A stretch of 64,000 bases of DNA from Octopus sinensis (taxonomy: Eukaryota): assembly GCF_006345805.1 (NCBI RefSeq), contig NC_042997.1:120652001-120716000 (forward strand), written 5' to 3'. The notes under the pieces are model-generated. The model was not told where the DNA came from, made no database searches, and saw only the letters and a list, made by a program, of their open reading frames with translations. Each line of letters opens with the position of its first letter. Position 1 is the first letter of the stretch. Shown in pieces: positions 54,197 to 64,000 of this stretch. Both the position numbers and the translations under genes were made by a program.

Positions 54197-55058
54197 CCTG
54201 TGTCTGTTTGCTGTGGTGGTCTGGTATATAGTGGGTAGTCCCACCTGCGGGCTTGGTTTGATGAAGCCAGGTCAGCTGCTGTACAATCTTTTGTGCCATG
54301 CACAAAAAAGATTGTTGCTCAGCAGCTGCTCTTTCGACAACATCATGTTGGCTGTTTGTGGCGCGCACAACATCTGCGTACCTCCGCTTTGGAGCAGGTG
54401 GTGCGTGGTCCATCCCTTTTCTTTGTGTTGATGGTTTGTCCATCTGCCTCGTGTCTCTGTGGCAGGGTCCCCGATGTGCAAAGCGGCAGCCTGCACCTTC
54501 CTTTCCATGCCAGCAGGAACCTCTCAGGTAGAACATACACACCCGTGTGCGCTGTTTGGTTCCATCCTTTGCGGTTCCACTTCTATTTCTGGTTGTTTCA
54601 CTCTTTGGTCTTGCTTGAGCTTTTTCTTTTCCTTTAGCTCTTCCAGTCCTTCTTTTAGTTCTTCTTCCCCCTCTACCTCTTCACCGGGTTCTCCGTCTCC
54701 ATGGCCCTTGCTGCCGGTTGGAGAACTTGCACCTGGGTTCACTTCCCGGGCAGGTTTCATCTCATCAAAACTCCTCCCGGGCGTCCACCAGGTGGGGGTG
54801 ACTTCTTTCATCGTCTCCATTCTTGCCATCTTTGCTCCGCTCGTTCTCAAAGATGGCATCAAGTGCGCCAATGTGCGACCGTACAAGCGCATATGAGCGC
54901 ACGAATTCCTGTCTCTTTCGCTCCATCTGAGCCGCTGTCCTCTTGTAGCCTCTGCTCTTCAGCGCAGCCGCAATCACCTCCCTAGGGCTATCTCCGCCGG
55001 CGCACTCCCATGCTCGTACGAATAAATCCAGCTCGTCACGTCTCCATGCTCTGGACAT
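54120..55058 (-). pseudogene. LINE ORF1: Myb/SANT(trihelix)-like N-terminus, acidic/coiled-coil middle, CCCH zinc finger; at least 2 frameshifts
   Basis: MSRAWRRDELDLFVRAW...VIAAALKSRGYKRTAAQMERK...Y; EEVEGEEELKEGLEELKEKKKLKQ; CMFYLRGSCWHGKEGAGCRFAH. Confidence 0.75.
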
Positions 55059-55109
55059 GCTGGATAATCCGTCTATCCGTTTATCTATCTAATTATGTTC
55101 GAGAAAAGA

Positions 55110-56100
55110 CAGGAAGATATTAAGGCTAATTAGAAGATAGAGTACTTGAAAAAGAAATATTAACAATATTAAAGTTTGTGTAAAAACGTTATTTGGGTAA
55201 AAACGTTATTTAATCTTAAGGCTAATTAGGGGATAGAGTATCTGAAAATGTATTAGCAATATTAATATTATATTAGAGTGTGGATAAAAACGTTATTTAA
55301 TCTTAAGGCTAATTAGGAGATAGAGTATCTGAAAATATATTAGCAATATTAATATTATATTAGAGTGTGGGTAAAAAAAAAAAAAAACGTTATTTAATCT
55401 TAAGGCTAATTTGGAGATAGAGTATCTGAAAATATATTAGCAATATTAATATTATATTAGAGTGTGAGTAATATTAAACGTTATTTAATTTAATCTTAAG
55501 GCTAATTAGAAGACAGAGTATCTGAAAAATTATATATAAAATATTAAGCAATATTAACCGTTATTTAATTTAATCTTAAGGCTAATTAGACGTTATTAAT
55601 ATTAAACGTTATTTAATTTAATCTTAAGGCTAATTAGAAGATAGAGTATCTGAAGAATTATTAACAATATTAAAACAATATTAAACGTTATTTAATTTAA
55701 TCTTAAGGCTAATTAACAATAATATTAACAATATTAACAATATTAAACGTTATTAATTTAATCCTAAGGCTAATTAACAATAATTATTAACAATATTAAC
55801 AATATTAAACGTTATTTAATTTAATCCTAAGGCTAATTAGACGTTTTTAATATTAAACGTTATTTAATTTAATCTTAAGGCTAATTAGAAGATAGAGTAT
55901 CTGAAAAATTATTAACAATATTAAAACAATATTAAACGTTATTTAATTTAATCTTAAGGCTAATTAACAATAATTATTAACACTATTAAACAATATTAAA
56001 CGTTATTTAATTTAATCCTAAGGCTAATTTGACGGTATCAATATTAAACGTTATTTAATTTAATCTTAAGGCTAATTAGAAGATAGAGTATCTGGAAAAT
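55110..56100. repeat. AT-rich tandem array (13 core units, 48-97-bp periods) upstream of LINE ORF1
   Basis: Core AAACGTTATTTAA(TTTAA)TCTTAAGGCTAATT starts at 55201, 55288, 55385, 55476, 55556, 55604, 55683, 55745, 55807, 55855, 55934, 55998 and 56046. Confidence 0.95.
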
Positions 56101-56560
56101 TATTATATCGAGAACAGATATTGAAAATGTAAACAAACAAAATGACGATCGCAACTTTAACTAAGATGTGGGCCTAAGTGAAAGATAAAATAGAATAAAA
56201 AATAAAATATGTAATAGATGAAATTGATACTTAATCCAACAATGTGGTCTGGATTATTATTTTTTTTTTTGGTTTACGGGATTTTTTTCAAGAGAGATGC
56301 TTCTTTTTTCTTTCTTGCAGGAGATAACTTGATTCAGTTATTTTTGCACCATGTGCGTTTCGGCGAAAATGAAAATTACTGTGTATATGTATATATTTAT
56401 ATATATATTTTTAAAAATATTTTTAAACCAAAGTGTTGTAGTGATCTCTATGACTTAGAGTTTTACGTTTTGCAACTACAGTGGGTTATTTCGCCGTTCT
56501 ATGCAAACTTTTTCACAGAGCAAAGGCAATCACGTCTTTCTCTGCTGAAAACGGAACACA

Positions 56561-56720
<160 letters not shown>

Positions 56721-57888
56721 CAGGTTATCATATAGTGTTTGTGTCGAAAATTTGATGGAGGCATTTAGCAGGGAAAATTGAAGATTTTCGTTCATTTTAA
56801 ACCCCAAAATGAAGAGCTGGAATAACGATCCAACTCCCTAATATAACCAAATTAATTTTTAGATTCTCAGATATATATTATGTTATGGTGAACGAAAAAC
56901 ATTTTAATATTCCATTATTACATAACTATCAATTGCGATTACATACCCCACCTGCAAACTCATTTATATTTTGCTTTCAAGCACTTTTAACGATTACATT
57001 TGCTACAACGTCGAAATTGTTTGACGAAAGTGAGTTATCGGTTTGATCTTGAAGAAGGCACCTGTTAAAGAATATTACATATCCTTTCTTTTACCTTTTT
57101 CAATTACTTCAATAGCAGATGTATTCTTGACAATGAAGTTAATTTTCTCTTTGAAACTGCTCATTTATTATCTTTATTTTCGTATTAACCTAATGTAAAC
57201 CTAGTCGTATCATCTGGAGTTCCTTTAGTAATTATATTTTACTTATTTCGCTGATTGTATTTTTAATGATTATATATGTTGATTAGATTTGTAGTCGATA
57301 TCTCTCTTTGAATCTTCATTCCTCAATAGGATTTACATCAGATTATACTACATTCTTAAGATACTTTAAGAATTTCGCTAATCTTCAGCTCGAAACAACT
57401 GTATTCCTAAATAAGATATTCATCTGTTTGCTTGATGTTTCAAAAAGTGAAATATACTTATGTTCGTCGCTATTCTGTTGCTCATTCACAGAAAATTAAA
57501 GCCACTAATTAGACCTACCTCGACTAGATTTAACTCGCCTTGTTTAATATTGTCTTAGTGCACCAGATACTCTTCTCTGTTACAGTCCAATGCTAATGTG
57601 TGAATGTTTCTTCCTAGTCGTAAACAAAATCATAAATTCAAATATGTAAAGCAATTAAAAGGAAGATCAGAACACATTTTCAAACTTCCTGGTTAACGTG
57701 TGGTAATAAATTTATTAACGGTTGTTAGCTTTATAATGTTTGCAGACCGAAATAAATTTCAACTCCTATCTCAGACGACAGCATTTTAAGTAATAAATCT
57801 TGTAAATTCGCAATTACTGCCTCAAAGAAAATTTCTTTGAAACGAACATCAATGGAATGCATGAAACTGGTATATGTATACATACATG

Positions 57889-57954
<66 letters not shown>

Positions 57955-58018
57955 CATACATAATACACACATTCATATAGGTATATATATATATACATAA
58001 TACATACATACATATAGT

Positions 58019-58102
<84 letters not shown>

Positions 58103-58129
58103 ATATGCATATATATATATATACATATA

Positions 58130-58261
58130 TTGTGTCTGGAGAGAGTAATCTTCTTTTTGTGCCTTCTAATTTAACACACTCACCGCTAAGATTTCCACTT
58201 ATTTCTTATTTTTATTTTCCTAAAATTATAGTTGCGTCTTGCAACCTTTTCAATAGTCTTA

Positions 58262-58304
<43 letters not shown>

Positions 58305-58455
58305 CACCATATATATATATACAAAAACAGAAAGCTCGCAAGACGCAATGCAAATTTTAGGAAACTAAAAAAAGAACAAGAACTAAGTGGATATTTTACT
58401 GGTGAGTATGTTAAATTATAAGGCACGAAAAGAACGTGACTCTCCCCAGACACAA
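58130..58455. mobile_element. Old MITE-like inverted repeat (~115-bp diverged arms)
   Basis: 58130-58242 and 58338-58455 are reverse complements with many mismatches (TGTGTCTGG.GAGAGT...AATTTAACA.ACTCACC...TTCCTAAAATT...TTGCGTCTTGC); the spacer is mostly (TA)n. Confidence 0.75.
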
Positions 58456-59134
58456 CAGAATATGCTTCAACATACGAACTCACATAAAAAATCTTGTAAA
58501 CCAAATCTAAAAACGAAATATATATATATAGATAGATAGATAGATATTGTTTTATGTAACTAAGAAAATGTATATTTTCGAACATAATGTTGCTGATAAA
58601 ACAGCAGAAGTATTGGGTAAATTACTCTTACAAGGCGGAAAATAATTGTCAGCAAACATCCATGGGACTTCAAACCCTATCCCTCAAGGTCTCTGTCTGA
58701 GGGCTTTGACACTATGCTAAACAGTCAGTCCCCTGACAAATTTCCCACTGAATTTAGACTGGAACAATGCAAATTAAAACAAACAAATATTATTTCTTTT
58801 TTTAGAAGCGCCGAAAAAGTGTATTGTATGATACAAGCAAGAAGATGATATTTTTCTAATGCAAAGTTTCCGTTAGAACATCAGAAATATTGTAATGGTA
58901 ATTTAACCAATATTTCTGCTCTCCTGACAAAAACTTCGAAAAAATATCAACTTGTTATTTGCATTATATAATACACGTTTTCTACGCTTTTAATAAAACA
59001 ACAAAATGCAGCCAACCTAGGAATTAACAACACACATAACTTGCGTATGTGCGTTGGATTTTGTTTAAATATATAGAGCTACTTCTAAGTATATTTCAAT
59101 ATATAATCTCACCTTAAAAACCCATCATATACAT

Positions 59135-59290
59135 GCATACAAATATATATATGGCTGACGGTTAGTAAGGAGTGACACAAATAAGAAAGAAGAAAACAAA
59201 GGACCACTGATGCGGTCACAGGAGTGTGACGAAAGAACTCTGGCCGAAATAAGATTAAGTTTAATGTAAAAAATAAATAACACTGAAGCA
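59135..59290 (+). mobile_element. Solo Penelope pLTR fragment
   Basis: Near-identical to 30290-30385 (ATGGCTGACGGTTAGTAA..GACACAAATAAGAAAGAAGAAAACAAAGGACC). Confidence 0.85.
59201..59245 (+). ncRNA. Hammerhead ribozyme-like motif, variant core (CTGATGC)
   Basis: GGACCA-CTGATGC-G-GTCAC(aggagt)GTGAC-GAAA-GAAC-TC-TGGCC; stem I nearly perfect. Confidence 0.6.
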
Positions 59291-59559
59291 AAGTACCACC
59301 AAATATATAGATATATAGTGCGTGTGCTTTTATTGGCTAAACTGGCAAAATGACCATTCCGAAATATATATATATATATATACATATATATATTGATACA
59401 CATACACACCGCGCGCGCACACACACACATATATCGAGTGTTGCGTGAAGTACACGAATTCCTACACAAATAATTCTTGTCTTTGATTTCCAGTTTCCTT
59501 AGCTCGTTGTCTAGAACTGATATTTCTCAATGTTTCCAATTCAATTTCTTCTTTTTGCA

Positions 59560-59745
59560 CTTGTTGTTGTTTTTGTTGCTCTTCTTCTTCTTCTTCTTCT
59601 TCTTCTTCTTCTTCTTCTTCTTCTTCTTCTTCTTCTTCTTCTTCTTCTTCTTCTTCTTCTTCTTCTCTTCTTCTTCTTCTTCTTCTTCTTCTTCTTCTTC
59701 TTCTCGTAGTGGCGGCGGCGGCCTTGTTGCTTGTTGGTGGTTATG
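59560..59745. repeat. Compound trinucleotide repeat (TTG)n-(TTC)n-(GGC)n
   Basis: About 125 bp of (TTC)n with one interruption, flanked by short TTG and GGC runs. Confidence 0.95.
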
Positions 59746-61333
59746 ATGGCGTTGGTCTCAGCAATATACCGTTTAGAATCACTGTTATGATTGTTAGTAC
59801 TCTTATACGTTGAAAAATGGTGAATTGTAATTGTTGAAATGCTCTTCATATTACATTTGTTTGATTCAACAAAAACCCTCAGAGCTGGCTCAGCCCTGTG
59901 CTTATATCTTCGTTGGTGTTCATATATTTTTGAATTATTTCCAAATTTTCGATTCAAAAAACCAACTCTTTTTTAAAGATGAGGTTTGCTTCCAAAATGG
60001 AGGAAGAGATAAGAGATAACCTACAAAGGCAGGTGCTACACATGAAAAATAAAGACGTTTATTTCCAAGCTCAGGCATTTTCGAAGGTTCATATAATTGC
60101 ATTACTCGTTCAGATTCATGTGTTGCCGCAGCAACAAGGAACAATAGTACCAATTGCAATATAAACGGCATGTCACTTAAAGGAGAGGAATGATGTTTCC
60201 TCATTGAAAGATCAATGTTTAAATTTCTAACATTGATATTCAATGAAATCCGTGTAGTACTAATGAGAACAGTAGAACAAAAGTCGCAAAAAGAAAACAA
60301 AAACATTATCAATATCGACGGCAGAATTGAAAAGACGGCCTAAAATGTTTCTGTTGCCAAATTTTTCTGCTTACATCTTTGTCTTACTCGATAGTTTGTG
60401 TGATTATTTGGGATGGGTGAAGAAATACTCCATTAGATTTAACAGAAAAGAGTTACGCTCAATATCGTACAGAAACTTTAAGACTAAACAGTAAAGATTA
60501 CAAATCTTATCAACGAGGAAGCACACAAGAATGTATCGCGATAGATGCATATGGGTTCTGTTGAAAAAGAAGATGCCGATGCATTATTTTGGTTGGAAAT
60601 ATCCATAAATTTGTATACATCCCAATTAGTTTCTAATGCAAATCCGAGAAAGGGGAGAAGATTAAGCGAATAAGGAGAATGTATAAATCAGAAAATGCTT
60701 CTACTTCTTAACCCAGGTATAAATGAAATTGTATTTTCATAAATAATTTGTGTTAATGTGCGTAATACCTGGAATATCTGTTTAGGAAATGAATGTAGAG
60801 GACGGTTTAAGAACAAGTTTCTCTTAGTGATCATTACAGTTTCCTACCATAGAAGGTATAATTTCACACCTTTCTTTTTCTCCAATTACAGGTAGCTAAA
60901 TTGTAGCATTAGCTGCACTGATAATTTCAAGGAACAGAAATATTTTTTTCATTTTCATTACAACAAATGTATACAGCAAATAATGAGTATTGAATATGAA
61001 TAATAGAAGATTTAATAAATGTAAGAATTATTGCAGTTTAGATTTAATTCACTACATGTCGATGGTAATATGATATATATGATTATATGCTGGTTATCGT
61101 TTGAGAGAAATGTAATATTTATTTCGGCCCAAAATGAAAACAAAATTAAGTCAAAAAATCACATTCGAACTTCATTACTTTGATATTAAATTAATTAATA
61201 TGTGCTTCACTCAGAGTAATTTCAGGTGAAACATAGAGCTGCAAATATATTTTTAACAGAGAAGAGTAAAAACACTTAAACATGGTAAACAAACATAAAA
61301 TGAATGAAATGAAAAATGGAAGCAGACCAATAA

Positions 61334-63280
61334 TCCATATATATAAAACAAAGGATGTATGGGTGTGTGTATGTGTATGTGTGTGTGTGCAATACGTCTG
61401 TATTTCTACAGCTTTGAACCGGTTTTCGCCAAAATTTACACACATTACTTATGTGTCATGGATGCCCATGCATTACAACACTTTGCCCAGCTCTCCCGTG
61501 TAATGCGACAAACCGACTGTAAAATTGTTTTCACGTAGGATTTCTGAAAAAAAAACCCTGCAGTTTTCAAGCGATTATCTCCCTTCTCTCTATCACCATT
61601 TCTTTTTCTCACTTTCACATATATATATATCTGTTTCTTTCACTCACTCACTTATTCACTAATTCACTCACTCACTCACTCAATCTCTCACTCCCTCCAG
61701 CCCGCGCTCTCTCTTCCCCTTTCTGAATATTTTCTTCAGAGCATTTCAATATTGGCGTTCGCAAATATCTTTGTCTTCACGTTATTCGTACGTTCTCCAT
61801 ACAACATTACTTTACTTATCTTATATTTTCTGCACTCCATCTATTTAAACAGAATATTTACATTTCTCCCCCTATCGAAAACCGTTGTTTAATATTGCTT
61901 AATTTTTATCCTTTAAATTTTGTGCGTTTGTTTGCGCATTCGATGTGTACGTGATAGCAAAGAACATTTGAAACCACGACGACGACGACGTCACAAATAT
62001 GAGTGTGTATGTGTCTGCGTTTATGTATGTGCGTGTATGAATGTGCATGTCTACCTTATCGTGCGTGTGTTTCCGCGTTAGGTACGTTAATAAACATACA
62101 CAGACATCCATAAATACATATACAGGTGTGACGACTGACATGCGTGTATGTATGTCTTCATGGGTCTTTCTTACTAAATGTATGTGCCTGTATGTGAGAG
62201 CGTAAGTGTGTGTATCGTCATTTTTTAAAAATTTCAACGTGTATGTGTCTGAGAATGTGTGTATGTTTACCTGCCCGTTACATAAGTCAATGAATACAGA
62301 CATACATCTTCACAAACTCTTAACAAAAAAATAATTACGTGGAAGTTCGACGTTACGTAAAAATACGCACCTACCATTCCATTAACAATTCATAATTATC
62401 GTAGCAGTTTCAAGGTTGCAAGGTATTTACAATTCGCTTAAATTTGGTTACGTTACACTACATATGGACATACTACATACATACAAGTGCTTACAAAAAT
62501 AGATATTAATATATATTATTTTCTATATACATACGTTTTTGCTTCAAATATTGAATAAATTATGCCACCAAAGGAAAAACGTAATCTCTCCAGAAACACT
62601 TATATAGCAACGGGGAGAGCAGAAAACCGAAGGCGAGAGTCTCAAGAGATAAGGAACATGAGACTTTCTCAGTACCAGGAAAGGCATGCTGCAGAACGTC
62701 AGGTGGTCTCAAGAAGGGGCAGGATCCTTTCCAAAGGTCACCAAATGTAATCTGCAGCACAATGAATTGAGATAGAAGGGAAAGGAAACTTTCTCAACAT
62801 CAGCAAAAGCATGCTACAGCACGTCCGATGGAGTCCCAAGACAGAAGGGATTGAGACTTTCTCAACATCAGCAGAGGCATGCTGCAGTGCATCAGATGGA
62901 GTCTCTAGAGAGGAGGTGGATAAGACTTTCCCAAGATCAGCAAAGACATGCTGCACGACTCAATGCTGACTCGTTAACACAAGGTTTAGCACTCCATATT
63001 ACACAGATTACAATAGAATAACTCTCCACAGCAGACCACGTACAAATTCGTTATGCACAAAACCTGCAGCTGCTTTCCGATATTATCCCTCTCATTCTCT
63101 CATTCTTATAAAAATGATAATTCTGTCCAATTTGGTGTACTAAACTCAAATTGTCGATTATGCAAAAGCTTTGTCGTCATCTGTTTCAATATGGATATAA
63201 CATAACATAATATAATATATATATATATATATATAAACCTATGCCGTTTTAATCCCGGGCAACGCCTGGTATTTTTCTAG
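61334..63280 (+). mobile_element. Internally deleted Helitron (second family) retaining a RepHel N-terminus relic
   Basis: 5' A|TCCATATATATAAAA at 61334; 3' CCCGGGCAACGCCTGG...CTAG|T (63277-63280); ORF 62562 MPPKEKRNLSR..RRRESQE..RLSQ followed by about five ~63-69-bp coding repeats, resembling the 8973 RepHel start. Confidence 0.8.
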
Positions 63281-63779
63281 TTAGTAACTATTAAAGGTGA
63301 AATAGCATCAAACTATTTAAAAAATATTAATTACTACATAAATTAATAAAGTACTTAATGCAGAGCTTAAGTAAGAGAGCCTCACTAAATCAGAAACATT
63401 CCTTCGACGCAGAAAGATAGAATCAGTGGCAAATAAAATAGATATTCAAGCAGTTCAGAATGCGAAAACAACAAACGAGAAGGTTATTGATCGAGTCGAT
63501 GGCAATGACAATAATTTTCCGATCAAGTGCATCCACTCAACAGTGTTATGAAAACACCTTCTCAAGAAGTAGAACACTCGATAACTTTGTACTTATCGTT
63601 CTAACTCTTAACAGGTACACACGGAAGTGTCTAACATACATTTTCATTACTGATCTGCATACGATCGGTAAACATAAACAAAAAAATATCTTTAGTGTTA
63701 AGAGACATCAAACAGCGAAATCTAATAATCCATACGGAGCTTCTTTACACCTAAAAGAAAGATAATGCTCGATCATCCA

Positions 63780-64000
63780 CGGTGGTAAGTGTTTCAATTG
63801 ATCCAAACAAGGGAACCGCTGGCTCGTGAATTTTAAGTGTAATTGGCTGAGCAATCGACAGGCACATTATGTGACAATGATAACGTCTTGAAAAACAGGT
63901 GCAACTCATTTTTGTTCCAGCGGAGTGGACAGGAAAAACAGAAAATAGAGTGTTATGCTCAAGGACAGAGCGTGCTCCCAGGTATCGAACTCACGAAGTA
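63780..64000 (-). mobile_element. tRNA-derived SINE, truncated by the window edge
   Basis: Minus GTGAGTTCGATACCTGGGAG (B-box-like) followed by GTCCTTGAGCATAACACTCT. Confidence 0.6.

Larger units (their letters stand above)
51126..56170 (-). mobile_element. Apparently full-length CR1/L2-group (Jockey superclade) LINE
   Basis: 5' tandem array, ORF1, overlapping APE-RT ORF2, 3' UTR stem-loop and (AATC)n tail. The 5' limit is approximate; no TSD seen. Confidence 0.9.

Noticed and set aside
55110-56100. CRISPR-like look (constant ~30-bp core with variable interspaces)
   Set aside because: The interspaces are homologous variants of each other rather than unique spacers, the context is a eukaryotic LINE 5' region, and no cas genes are present.
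59541-59957. Poly-Lys/poly-Arg 'protamine-like' ORF
   Set aside because: It is the reverse strand of a (TTC)n microsatellite; no supporting gene structure.

Overview
AT-rich, (TA)n/(CA)n-microsatellite-rich animal genomic DNA. The SINE families point to a coleoid cephalopod, most likely Octopus (recognised from memory, not searched). I could not confidently identify any host protein-coding exon; almost all interpretable content is transposable element. Main contents: (1) a complete 6.1-kb Helitron (TC...hairpin-CTAG, frameshifted Rep-helicase) plus two non-autonomous Helitrons; (2) two copies of a 1.6-kb IR/DR Tc1 (DD34E) transposon; (3) an apparently full-length CR1/L2-group LINE (51.1-56.2 kb, minus) whose ORF1 carries a Myb/SANT(trihelix)-like domain plus a CCCH finger and whose 5' region is a 13-unit higher-order tandem array; (4) an older relic of a related LINE; (5) at least two Penelope-like families, one with hammerhead-ribozyme motifs and one Naiad-like relic largely missed by the ORF track; (6) mariner, RTE and piggyBac-like pieces; (7) many SINEs (nested, tandemly duplicated, internally arrayed); and (8) an interleaved double inverted repeat at about 50 kb. 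Most short ORFs in the supplied track are translations of microsatellites. The most interesting candidate system is the LINE combining a Myb-like ORF1, a palindrome-rich 5' array, and a 3' stem-loop that it shares, with compensatory changes, with the local SINE.
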